A stretch of DNA of 64,000 nt from Verrucomicrobiota bacterium. Lineage in GTDB: Bacteria > Verrucomicrobiota > Verrucomicrobiia > Limisphaerales > JADLHS01. The DNA is taken from contig JABFSR010000061.1 in assembly GCA_013140495.1 (NCBI GenBank), positions 17,873-81,872 on the forward strand, in the 5' to 3' direction. The position numbers and the translations under genes are program-made. A model generated the notes under the pieces. It had not been told where the DNA came from, searched no databases, and worked only from the letters and a program-made list of their open reading frames with translations. Shown piece after piece: positions 55,413 through 64,000 of the stretch (position 1 is the stretch's first letter; every line of letters starts with the position of its first letter).

Positions 55413-56300
55413 TTAGGGCTTCGCTGAACTGCGCTCCTGCATCCAAGTTACGTCCTGATTGACTGGATTGAAAGTCTGCGCGCTATAGCTGCTTCCTTTG
55501 ATTATGGTCCGTCCATCTTTCCACATTCGAATTTCCGAATGTCCATCTGCAAACGCCAGACCACAGGCACCGCCATGGTAACTTGCAGGACCGTCCAAAA
55601 ACGTGCTTGAAACCATGGTGATGGCAAAACCTGCGTCGTTGATGCTGCGGTAATCTTCGTCAATCAACACCCAGAGACCAGCGGGGGAGGGCCTGATAAT
55701 GTCCGACATTTTCCCATACACGAACCATGGTTTATTCGCAACATGGCCGTGGGTGCCGTCCAACCACGGACCATTCACAGGCCTCAAACTGGAAACTTGA
55801 GAACCAACGCCTTGGTTCATGGCAAAGCTTCGAACCCGCTGCATGAGCCGGTTAAAAACGAGTGACGGCACATTGTCGCCCGGACATTTATAGATCGCAT
55901 AGTTTTTGGCGGTATAAGGAGCCAAGAGCGCCTTGTTTGGGTCAATCAGATTTAGTATGTTGGTCAGATCAACATCTCCACTATCCCAAGTCATTTTCCC
56001 TCGTACCCAACCTTTCGTAGCGCCGGTGCTGTCTTCATTCGGCGGAAACCATTCGCGATTATCTCCAGTGTACATGTGCAGAGCCACCATCATCTGCTTC
56101 CCGTTGTTCATGCACAGAATTCCCTGTGCCTTGAGTTTTGCCCGACCCAACGCTGGCAATAACATCGCGGCCAGGATCGCGATAATGGCAATGACTACCA
56201 GGAGTTCGATCAATGTAAATGCAGCGATGAAGCGGCTTGGTAACCGATACCTGTGGTTTGAAGATCGGTTCTTGGTTACAAGGTTGGCGGTGATTTTCAT
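55413..56300 (-). CDS. prepilin-type N-terminal cleavage/methylation domain protein (DUF1559-like)
   Basis: Track ORF 55413..56375, with the start moved to [37 protein letters not shown], and [11 protein letters not shown]. Confidence 0.8.
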   Translation of the reverse strand: MKITANLVTKNRSSNHRYRLPSRFIAAFTLIELLVVIAIIAILAAMLLPALGRAKLKAQGILCMNNGKQMMVALHMYTGDNREWFPPNEDSTGATKGWVRGKMTWDSGDVDLTNILNLIDPNKALLAPYTAKNYAIYKCPGDNVPSLVFNRLMQRVRSFAMNQGVGSQVSSLRPVNGPWLDGTHGHVANKPWFVYGKMSDIIRPSPAGLWVLIDEDYRSINDAGFAITMVSSTFLDGPASYHGGACGLAFADGHSEIRMWKDGRTIIKGSSYSAQTFNPVNQDVTWMQERSSAKP

Positions 56301-56371
56301 GGCAGAAATCTGCGTCAGGCCACGCTTTCCGTCAAGCCTGATGCAAGACCCGGCAGGACAAACGGTGACGC

Positions 56372-57196
56372 TCAATAATAATACCTTGTGTCAGAACTGG
56401 GTCCGCCAATCGCGCGCACCCGGATCTGAGATTTCGGACGGACGATCACGCTCCCGTCAGCCTGCCCTACCAGCTGGTCCGCCGTGACCGCCCAGCTCCA
56501 GAGCGGTTTGGTTTGAGAGCCACCATCGAATTTGCCCAGATGTCCGAGATCCCAAAGTTTGGTGCCCGGCGTATCGCTGACGCGATGGGTGATGAACGCG
56601 CGGCGGCTGTCCAGTTCGGAACTTTTCTTCGGCCACTCGGGTTCGTTCTCGGCAGGATTGGCGTTGACCGCGCCTTGGGCGTCAACAAATTTCATGGCTG
56701 GCGCGGCGGTGAAATTGGCAAGCCACATGTAGGGCGTGAAGACATTCGCTGCGGTCGTATCCCAACCGCCATAATCCGGGCCAGCGAGACTTGCTTGGTC
56801 GGCGTAGTTCAGCCACGTCCTTCCCACGCCATTGGCTGTGATCGGACAGATAAGAATCTTGGTGTTCCTGAGATACGTTCCTCTCATCGCGTTTACGATG
56901 CTTCGCTGGCCGGTGGTGGTGGTGCGGTGATAGTCGGGGCTGCCATCGTCATGGAACTGGAACTTTCCGCCAAAATCATCTGCATACATGATCTGACTCA
57001 GGTATTGCTGCTTGAGATTGCTGAGGCAGACAGCGCGCTGACCGCTGTATTTGGCCTTGCCCAACGCCGGCAGCAGCATCGCAGCGAGAATGGCAATGAT
57101 GGCGATCACCACCAATAACTCGATCAGAGTGAATCCGTCGCCGGGCGGGCCGGAGTCCACACGCGAACGGCAAGCCGTAGTTTGGTCTGGCTTCAT
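56372..57196 (-). CDS. prepilin-type N-terminal cleavage/methylation domain protein
   Basis: Track ORF 56372..57229, with the start moved to [36 protein letters not shown]. Confidence 0.8.
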   Translation of the reverse strand: MKPDQTTACRSRVDSGPPGDGFTLIELLVVIAIIAILAAMLLPALGKAKYSGQRAVCLSNLKQQYLSQIMYADDFGGKFQFHDDGSPDYHRTTTTGQRSIVNAMRGTYLRNTKILICPITANGVGRTWLNYADQASLAGPDYGGWDTTAANVFTPYMWLANFTAAPAMKFVDAQGAVNANPAENEPEWPKKSSELDSRRAFITHRVSDTPGTKLWDLGHLGKFDGGSQTKPLWSWAVTADQLVGQADGSVIVRPKSQIRVRAIGGPSSDTRYYY

Positions 57197-57409
57197 ACGA
57201 TTTGGGAATTCCGAAGCACGATAACTCAATTTTTATCCGACCCCACCGTTGATAATCGGACCCGTTGCGCCCAGGAGCAATATCCTGGCGAATCTTCCAA
57301 GTCATCATGGGGACGATGTGTCAATTCATACTCGGCTTCGCTCCGGAGTCCAGCAGAATTCTCAGGCAATGACCGGCAGATAGGCAGGTTAATTTCTGCG
57401 CACGAAATT

Positions 57410-58879
57410 CTATGCCAAAACGTTCTTGATCACGTGCCCCTCCACATTGGTCAGCCTGCGCTGCACGCCGTTGTGCTCAAAGGTGAGTCGTTCGTGGTCG
57501 AGGCCGAGCAGGTGCAGGATGGTTGCGTTGAGGTCGTAGAGGGGATGAATGTCCTGGATCGCTTTCTGGCCGAGATCGTCAGTGACCCCATGGCTGACAC
57601 CGGGCTTCACGCCGGCACCGGTCAACCAGCAGGTGAAGCCATCGGGATTGTGGTCGCGGCCTTGCACGCCTTTTTGGAAGAAGGGCATGCGGCCAAATTC
57701 AGTGCACCAGACGACGAGCGTATCTTCCAGCAAACCGCGCTGGCGCAGATCGCGGATCAGTGCGGCGGCGGGCTGGTCGAGGATGGCGGCGTGTTTGTCG
57801 TATTGCTCCTTGAGCTTGTTGTGGCCGTCCCAGTTCAACTCGCCGCCACTGGCATAGGCCCCGTTGAAAAGCTGCACGAAGCGCACGCCCTTCTCGATGA
57901 GCCGGCGAGCAAGAATGCAGTTGCGGGCAAAGCCGGCCTTGATGGGATTCAACGTGTCGTCCGCACCGTAGCTTTTCAAAATGTGCGCTGGCTCGGTGGA
58001 GAGATCGCTGATCTCAGGCACACTGAGTTGCATGCGCGCGGCGAGTTCGTAGCTGGCAATGCGCGCCGCCAGCCTGCCATCGCCAGGATGTTGCTCGAGA
58101 TGGCGTGAATTCATGCGCTGCAAGAGTGAGCGGGCCGCAAGGTCGGCATCGGGCGGAACACCGGGCGCGGCCAGATGGCGCACGGGATCCTTGGCGCTGA
58201 AGGTTGTGCCCTGGAACGCGGCGGGCAGAAAGCCCGGCCCCCAGTTGTTGGAGCCGTTCTGCGGCACACCGCGCGGATCGAGAATGGAAACAAACGCCGG
58301 CAAATCCTGGTTCTCGCTTCCAAGCGCGTAACTCACCCACGAGCCGAGGCTCGGGAATCCATCCAGCACGAAACCGGTCGAAAGGAAATTCTCTGCGGGG
58401 CCGTGGGTGTTACTCTTGCTGGTGAGCGAGTGGATGAATGCGATTTCGTCGGTGAGTTCCGCCAGATGCGGTATCAGGTCGGAGACCATCTTCCCGGTCT
58501 GTCCGCGCGGCCTGAAATCATACTGAGGCCGCGCGAGATTGCCAGCCGGACCCTGAAATGTCACCGCGGGTCCGCCCCGCAACGGTTTGTTGTCCCACTT
58601 GATCAGCTCCGGCTTGTAGTCCCACGTCTCAAGCTGGCTCACCGCTCCGGCGCAAAAGATGACGATGACGTTCTTCGCCCTGGCGGGAAAGTGCGGTTGC
58701 CGCGGCGCATACGGACGCGCGGGATCAATAATGGTACCCGGCGCAGCGAGCAATCCATCGAGTCCCAGCAGTTTGGTCAGCGCAATGGATCCAAGCGCCG
58801 TGGCCGTGCCGGACAGGAAACTGCGACGATCCAAAAAGTGGCACCCGTGGCTGGATATGTGTTCGGCGTGGTGATTCAT
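57410..58879 (-). CDS. DUF1501 (sulfatase-like) protein with a Tat signal
   Basis: Track [21 protein letters not shown]..., and the C-terminal [19 protein letters not shown] pattern. Confidence 0.9.
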   Translation of the reverse strand: MNHHAEHISSHGCHFLDRRSFLSGTATALGSIALTKLLGLDGLLAAPGTIIDPARPYAPRQPHFPARAKNVIVIFCAGAVSQLETWDYKPELIKWDNKPLRGGPAVTFQGPAGNLARPQYDFRPRGQTGKMVSDLIPHLAELTDEIAFIHSLTSKSNTHGPAENFLSTGFVLDGFPSLGSWVSYALGSENQDLPAFVSILDPRGVPQNGSNNWGPGFLPAAFQGTTFSAKDPVRHLAAPGVPPDADLAARSLLQRMNSRHLEQHPGDGRLAARIASYELAARMQLSVPEISDLSTEPAHILKSYGADDTLNPIKAGFARNCILARRLIEKGVRFVQLFNGAYASGGELNWDGHNKLKEQYDKHAAILDQPAAALIRDLRQRGLLEDTLVVWCTEFGRMPFFQKGVQGRDHNPDGFTCWLTGAGVKPGVSHGVTDDLGQKAIQDIHPLYDLNATILHLLGLDHERLTFEHNGVQRRLTNVEGHVIKNVLA

Positions 58880-60180
58880 CTGTCTGGCCTCCGCTTCCTG
58901 GTTCTCGTCGCACCTCTCCGCTCCACAACTTTCCTGGTGTTCGGCGACGCAGTCATAAGGCTCTCAATCCGGGCGCGGTCTTTTTCGAGGAACGTGCGCA
59001 GTTGCTCGGCAGAAGGCAGGGCGACAAGGTAACGGGAAACAAAGAGCTTGTTGCTCAGTCCTGCCGTCGCAAACTCGACGCCCACGCGGTCTCGCTCACT
59101 GCACAAAATGATGCCAATGGGCGGAAGGTCGCCGTCTTCAACAGCATTCGTCTTCCACCAGTTGAGGTAAAAATTCATCTGCCCCGCGTCGCCATGCTGG
59201 AAGGCGCGGATTTTCAAATCAATCAGCACATGGCAGCGCAGTCGCCGGTGGTAGAATACGAGGTCAATGTAGTCGTGTTTGCCGCCGACGGTGATGCGCC
59301 GCTGGCGTGCCTCGAAGCAAAAACCTTCGCCGAGTTCGAGGAGGAAGTTCTGGAGATGATCGAGCAACGCGCGTTCAAGTTCGGATTCGCGATACTCCGG
59401 ACGCTCCGCGAGACCGGTGAACTCCAGTACATACGGATCGCGGATCAGGTCGCTGATGGTCTCCCGAGTTTCCTGAGAGCGGGCACGCTGGATGACGGCG
59501 GCCTTGTTTTTCGACAACCCGGTGCGTTCGTAAAGCAGCGAGCCAATCTGCCGCTGAAGCTGGCGCACCGACCAGTTCCCCTTGAGACATTCGTTTTCGT
59601 AGAAGGCGCGCTTCCACGGATCATCGAGGCGGGTGAGTTCCTGAAGTTTGCTCCACGAAAACTGAAGCAGGACTTGCGGCGAGAACGGCGTCGGCAATTC
59701 GGGGGACACTGTCCCCCGAATTGGGAAGAGGGTTGCGGTCCGTGCAGATTCGACAGACGGCGTCCGTCGAATTGGAGGCAGGGCCAACGCGCTGGCAGAT
59801 TTGCGGGACGCTGTACCGCGAATCCCGGAGGTGAATTTCGTCATCAGGGTTGACGGAATTGAAGGCAACTTGAGTCGCGCGGCAAATTCGGGGGACAGTG
59901 TCCCCCGAATTTGCGGGTAGAGGAAATAAATGGCACGGCAGTCACGCAGTGTCCGTAAATCCAACCCCTTTGCCTTGCGCGCGGCCAGGTCTTCCGCCAC
60001 CCGCTCCAGCAGGCGGTCGCCATACCTCGCCCGGTCCTTTCCGTGTTGCTCGAACTCGACGAGGTAAGCGCCGACCAGCCAGTTTCGGACGACCAGTGAT
60101 TGATTCACCGCCGCCGCCGCCCGCCCTTGAAGCTGGGCGGTCGCGCTGTTGATCGCTTTGATGAGGTGTGCGTAATTCAT
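58876..60180 (-). CDS. YhcG/DUF1016-family PD-(D/E)XK nuclease domain protein
   Basis: Track [13 protein letters not shown]...[63 protein letters not shown] (D...D/E-x-K core). ATGA overlaps at both ends. Confidence 0.85.
   Translation of the reverse strand: MNYAHLIKAINSATAQLQGRAAAAVNQSLVVRNWLVGAYLVEFEQHGKDRARYGDRLLERVAEDLAARKAKGLDLRTLRDCRAIYFLYPQIRGTLSPEFAARLKLPSIPSTLMTKFTSGIRGTASRKSASALALPPIRRTPSVESARTATLFPIRGTVSPELPTPFSPQVLLQFSWSKLQELTRLDDPWKRAFYENECLKGNWSVRQLQRQIGSLLYERTGLSKNKAAVIQRARSQETRETISDLIRDPYVLEFTGLAERPEYRESELERALLDHLQNFLLELGEGFCFEARQRRITVGGKHDYIDLVFYHRRLRCHVLIDLKIRAFQHGDAGQMNFYLNWWKTNAVEDGDLPPIGIILCSERDRVGVEFATAGLSNKLFVSRYLVALPSAEQLRTFLEKDRARIESLMTASPNTRKVVERRGATRTRKRRPDR
59696..59722. 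repeat. 27-nt perfect hairpin inside the DUF1016 CDS
   Basis: aattcgggggac-act-gtcccccgaatt, a 12-bp stem with a 3-nt loop. It encodes [10 protein letters not shown]. Confidence 0.9.
59885..59911. repeat. second copy of the 27-nt hairpin inside the DUF1016 CDS
   Basis: aattcgggggac-agt-gtcccccgaatt, the exact reverse complement of 59696-59722. It encodes [10 protein letters not shown]. Confidence 0.9.
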
Positions 60181-63100
60181 GGCAGGAACAGGAACTCGTT
60201 GCTGTTGAAAAGCGCGCGGCCAAGCGTGGGCAGGCCATGCGCACGCACAATCGGTGCTGCGTCCACAAGCTCGGCAGAGCTGGGATTACGATTGAGGGCA
60301 AGCTGGTAGGCGCGATGGATCTGTTTAGTCAAATCGTCACCAACATCAGACTTCACCCGGGCGGCGAAGGCATCGGCTTGTTCGAGAGTGAAGCGGCTGT
60401 TGAACAGGTTCAGCGCTTGGATCGGTGTGGTTGATTCACGGCGGCGGGCGGTGCTCTGCCCGGCGTCCGGACAATCGAACGCGCCGAACACCGCCTCCCG
60501 TTCCCGGCGGACCTTGTGCGCGTAAATCATCCGGCGCAATCCTTCGCCTTTGAAGGACTCAACAGGATTGAAGCCGCTCAACCCGCCGCGGTTGTTGAAC
60601 AGATCGAAGCCACGGCCGCCCATCTTCAGATTCAACTGACCGCTGACCGCGAGCATGGCGTCGCGGATTGGTTCGGATTCGAGCCGGCGTGAAGGAAAGC
60701 GCCACAAGAAACGCACATCAGCGTCCTTGGCAGCGGCGACCGGATTGATCCGGGAGGATTGACGATACGTGGCCGAGAGTACGATGAGACGGTGCATTTG
60801 TTTCACAGACCAACCGGAGCGGACGAATTCTGACGCAAGCCAGTCGAGCAACTCAGGATGGGAAGGCTTCGTCCCGTTGCGGCCAAAGTCACTCGGCGTT
60901 TCCACAAGGCCGGTGCCGAAATGCCCCTGCCAGATGCGGTTTACCATCACGCGCGCTGTGAGCGGGTTTTCCGGTCTCGCGATCCAACCAGCCAGCGTCA
61001 AGCGTCGCTGTTGTTCCTCGGCGTCCTTCGGTAGTTGCAGGTTGCCCAGCACACTCAACACTGCGGGCGCGACTTCTTCCTTCGGCTGTTCAGGATCGCC
61101 GCGATAGAGCAGGCTGATTTTGTCGGGCTTTCGGAAGGTGCCCGCAAAAGCCATCTGCCCCGCTGCAGCGGCGGCGATTTTTGACTCCAGCGCTTTCCGT
61201 TTGGCGAGCAAGACACCAACATTCTTGACCTCATCCGCGCGGAGACCGGCCGTGGAGAAAACAGCGGGCTTGGCTTTGTTCTCGCCGGGCACGTAAGCCC
61301 GCCGATCAGTCGAATCAGCCACGGGCCGCCATTCACCTACGGTGTCAGCAACTTCAATGACATAGTTTGTCGCCAGACGATCACTAAACTTCCCTTCGCG
61401 ATCCCGCCCCCAGACCAGTCTTTCGATCACGTGCTCCTCCGGAAACTCCAGCATCACCCAGCCTTTGCCTTTCTCATTGGACATCCAACTGCGTGAATTG
61501 CCGTAGTGACCGTCATTGATCTGCCGCAACTCATGGCGATCTGCGACCACGGTATCGCCGGATGAGGTGGCTTTGGTACCGGCGCTCGCCAGTGCAACGT
61601 TTCGCGCTTGCGTGTCGAAAACTTCCAACTCGTCAATGCACGGCTCCAGACTGTTCGTCTCCTTGATGGTAAATCGGACGCGTCTGGTTTTCACCGGCGC
61701 AAAACGATCCGTATTCATGGTGGCATTTAACACCGGACGCGGCGGGAGCACGGAAACCAGCGGCGTCATCGCATCCAATGACGGTCCCGCTTCCAGAGTG
61801 TAGGCCGTGGCGAGCCGGTCGGTGAAGTTTCCTTCGCGATCACGGCCCCAGTTGATTTTTCCTATGCGCACCACCTCGGGCAGTTCGAACATTACCCAGC
61901 CCCGGCCTGCCTCGTCCGCCATCCAACTGTGGCTGTTGCCATACTTGCCGTCGTTTATGTGTTCCAGCCGGTGAATGTCGGAGGTGCGACTGCCCGAGGC
62001 CGTGACCTTCGTGCCGTGGCTGGCCAGCGCGACATTGCGCGGCGTAGCTTCGTCCGAGAAAATCTCCAGTTCATCCACGCACGGCTCGATGAGGCCGAGC
62101 GTTGGATGCAAATTCGCATCGTGAATGGTGAACCGGATAAACTTCGCGGCCAGCGGCGGAAAAATTTCTTCATTCAGCCGGGGATTGGTCGTTTTAGGCA
62201 AGGTTGAGCCAACCCTCGCCAGTGGTTCAAATTGCGCCAGCTCCCGCTCAACTTCTGCGACACCTTGCTTCAGCGTCTCGGCCTCCTTGCGTCGCGCCAG
62301 CGCTTCCGGCGTGCGCAGCTCGCGATCCTCGTATTCGACGCCAGCGAAGAATGCCTGCATCGAGTAGTAATCTCGCGCACTGATCGGATCGAACTTGTGA
62401 TCGTGGCAACGCGCGCAACCCACGCTCAAACCGAGAAAGGTCTGGCCCGTGTTCACGACGATCTCATCCAGCGAATCCTGCCGCGCAAGACGCTTGGAAA
62501 CGTCATCCGCGCCAATCTGCCCCGATAGCAGCACCGACGCCGTGACGAGAAATCCCGTAGCCGCGTCCTTGTCCAACGCATCGCCGGCAATCTGTTCGCG
62601 GATGAAGCGGTCGTATGGTGTGTCGTGATTGAACGCCTCGATCAAATAGTCCCGGTACGGCCATGCATTCGGCCGCTCGGTATTCACCTCGAAGCCGTGC
62701 GTGTCCGCATAGCGCACCACATCCAGCCAGTGTTGCGCCCAGCGCTCGCCGTAACGCGGCGATGCGAGCAACTCATCCACGACACGCTCGAACGCATCCA
62801 GTCGCCGATCCTTGACGAAGGCAGCCACCTGCTCCGGCGTCGGCGGCAGACCTGTGAGATCAAAAGACACCCTCCGCAGCCATGTCACGCGATCCGCCTC
62901 GGGCGCAGGCTTCCATCCTTCCCGCTCCAGCCGCGCGAGAACGAAACGATCAACATCGTTGCGCGGCCAACGCCGGCTCTTCACCTTCGGGGGCGAAGGG
63001 AGCGTCACGGGCTTGAATGACCAGTGATCACGTTTGTCCGCCAACTGAACTACATCCACACCCTCCGGCCACAGCGCGCCTTCATCAATCCAGCGGGACA

Positions 63101-63434
63101 GCGTTGCAATCTCCGACTCCGACAAGCCCTCACCCTTTGGGGGCATTCGCTGATCGTTATCCTTGCTCGTGATGAACCGGATGAGCGGACTTTCCCTGGC
63201 CTTCCCCGCGATGATGTTCGGCGCATGCTCGTCGCCGCCTTTGAGCGCCGCAGCCTTAAGATCGAGCCTCAGCCCCGACTTCTGCTTCTTCTCCCCGTGG
63301 CACTCGTAGCAGTGCTGCTTGAAAATGGGCCGCACTTCGCGCACGAAATCCACCGGTGCGGAAAAGCCGTTGAGGCTCACGAGCAACAGGATCGTGATGC
63401 AGTATCTCGTTGGTGATTTCGGCGGGAATTGCAT
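60177..63434 (-). CDS. PSCyt (planctomycete cytochrome c) / DUF1549 / 2x discoidin-like / DUF1553 protein
   Basis: Track ORF of 1085 aa. FKQHCYECHGEKKQKSGLRLD (PSCyt1), CARCHDHKFDPI (DUF1549). Two internal repeats contain INDG(K/H)YGNS(H/R)SWM. The C-terminal region is DUF1553-like. Confidence 0.9.
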   Translation of the reverse strand: MQFPPKSPTRYCITILLLVSLNGFSAPVDFVREVRPIFKQHCYECHGEKKQKSGLRLDLKAAALKGGDEHAPNIIAGKARESPLIRFITSKDNDQRMPPKGEGLSESEIATLSRWIDEGALWPEGVDVVQLADKRDHWSFKPVTLPSPPKVKSRRWPRNDVDRFVLARLEREGWKPAPEADRVTWLRRVSFDLTGLPPTPEQVAAFVKDRRLDAFERVVDELLASPRYGERWAQHWLDVVRYADTHGFEVNTERPNAWPYRDYLIEAFNHDTPYDRFIREQIAGDALDKDAATGFLVTASVLLSGQIGADDVSKRLARQDSLDEIVVNTGQTFLGLSVGCARCHDHKFDPISARDYYSMQAFFAGVEYEDRELRTPEALARRKEAETLKQGVAEVERELAQFEPLARVGSTLPKTTNPRLNEEIFPPLAAKFIRFTIHDANLHPTLGLIEPCVDELEIFSDEATPRNVALASHGTKVTASGSRTSDIHRLEHINDGKYGNSHSWMADEAGRGWVMFELPEVVRIGKINWGRDREGNFTDRLATAYTLEAGPSLDAMTPLVSVLPPRPVLNATMNTDRFAPVKTRRVRFTIKETNSLEPCIDELEVFDTQARNVALASAGTKATSSGDTVVADRHELRQINDGHYGNSRSWMSNEKGKGWVMLEFPEEHVIERLVWGRDREGKFSDRLATNYVIEVADTVGEWRPVADSTDRRAYVPGENKAKPAVFSTAGLRADEVKNVGVLLAKRKALESKIAAAAAGQMAFAGTFRKPDKISLLYRGDPEQPKEEVAPAVLSVLGNLQLPKDAEEQQRRLTLAGWIARPENPLTARVMVNRIWQGHFGTGLVETPSDFGRNGTKPSHPELLDWLASEFVRSGWSVKQMHRLIVLSATYRQSSRINPVAAAKDADVRFLWRFPSRRLESEPIRDAMLAVSGQLNLKMGGRGFDLFNNRGGLSGFNPVESFKGEGLRRMIYAHKVRREREAVFGAFDCPDAGQSTARRRESTTPIQALNLFNSRFTLEQADAFAARVKSDVGDDLTKQIHRAYQLALNRNPSSAELVDAAPIVRAHGLPTLGRALFNSNEFLFLP

Positions 63435-63437
63435 GCG

Positions 63438-63692
63438 TCAATCCATCACCACCTGGACAACAGGTTGACGTCGGGGTTGCCGGAGAAATATGACGCTGAT
63501 GCCGCCGGACAAGCCACGTTGACCACCCACATCAACTGTGAAAATGTTCCGGCTTGAGTCAAACCTTCTGACATACGATTCGTGATTCAAGGGGACGATT
63601 GCCAATTTCATACCCTGCTTTGGCCGTGGAGTCCACACGGATTCCCCGAACTTGTCCGGATCACCCACTTTCAATTCGACGCCATAAGTCAC
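63438..63692 (-). CDS. small hypothetical protein
   Basis: Track ORF with a GTG start. It ends 3 nt before the PSCyt gene start. No family recognised. Confidence 0.3.
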   Translation of the reverse strand: MTYGVELKVGDPDKFGESVWTPRPKQGMKLAIVPLNHESYVRRFDSSRNIFTVDVGGQRGLSGGISVIFLRQPRRQPVVQVVMD

Positions 63693-63750
63693 AGATAACT
63701 TTGAGCTGTCTCAGACTTGCCGATTCAACGCTTCCTCGCAACACTCCCAC

Positions 63751-64000
63751 ATGATTTCTCAACTGTTGCACAAGCCTTCACTCCGCCTGCGGATACTGCC
63801 CGCGCTTTTCGCAAGCCTGAGCCTCGCGGCACAGTCGCCGGGCCAGACCATTGTTACATTGACCGGCGACTGGCAGGTTCAAGTCAGCGCGCAAGACCAG
63901 AAGGGTAAACCAATCACGGCCACACTGAAAATAGCACCGGTAGCTTTGACCACTGTGACAGCGGAGAAGTTCGCCGGCTTGCCGATGTTCAATCCAAAGG
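63751..64000 (+). CDS. hypothetical secreted protein; N-terminal part, runs off the right edge
   Basis: Not in the track because it is open to the window edge. ATG 63751 gives MISQLLHKPSLRLRILPALFASLSLAAQSPGQTIVTL... (signal peptide). Confidence 0.45.
   Translation, partial: MISQLLHKPSLRLRILPALFASLSLAAQSPGQTIVTLTGDWQVQVSAQDQKGKPITATLKIAPVALTTVTAEKFAGLPMFNPK

Overview
The window is a gene-dense chromosomal segment, visibly GC-rich, with most genes on the minus strand. It most likely comes from a PVC-group bacterium (Verrucomicrobiota or Planctomycetota). The evidence is a PSCyt/DUF1549/DUF1553 plus DUF1501 gene pair and three '[24 protein letters not shown]' prepilin-like proteins; the phylum cannot be resolved without a database search.

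Content from left to right:
- A truncated sigma-54 response regulator and two small paralogous membrane proteins.
- guaA, with a duplicated 3' end that brackets an AT-rich orphan ORF.
- A complete rrn operon on the minus strand (16S, tRNA-Ala, tRNA-Ile, 23S, 5S).
- coaX-birA, followed by a long minus-strand Bat/MoxR-type operon (MoxR, DUF58, two VWA proteins). This operon has absorbed an ABC substrate-binding protein and permease pair with no ATPase gene (the permease is fused to an NHL propeller), a GH18-like protein, a four-helix-bundle ('23S IVS protein') cassette, and a 2.4 kb accessory insert between moxR and DUF58. The insert carries a mini-HAD, a UDG-like ORF, a nucleotidyltransferase-fold ORF and repeat elements.
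- A hybrid histidine kinase.
- The coaD-yceD-rpmF-plsX-fabH housekeeping cluster.
- A CHASE2 cyclase.
- A pseudopilin/lipoprotein/LamG-Ig giant protein unit.
- An octaheme cytochrome.
- A six-gene 2-aminoethylphosphonate catabolic operon (PhnW-PhnY-PhnA route) with a class-III aminotransferase-fold gene and two secreted phosphodiesterases.
- Two more pseudopilins.
- A DUF1016 nuclease wedged between the DUF1553 and DUF1501 genes.

The most unusual sequence-level signal is the repeat content. There are several families of palindromic REP-like elements and of tandem heptanucleotide blocks arranged as inverted pairs. Several of these sit in frame inside intact coding sequences.

No integrase, transposase, CRISPR array or recognisable riboswitch was seen. 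All calls come from reading the sequence and the ORF track. No searches or computations were run. RNA ends are approximate (about +/-5-10 nt), and many CDS starts are my choice among alternatives.
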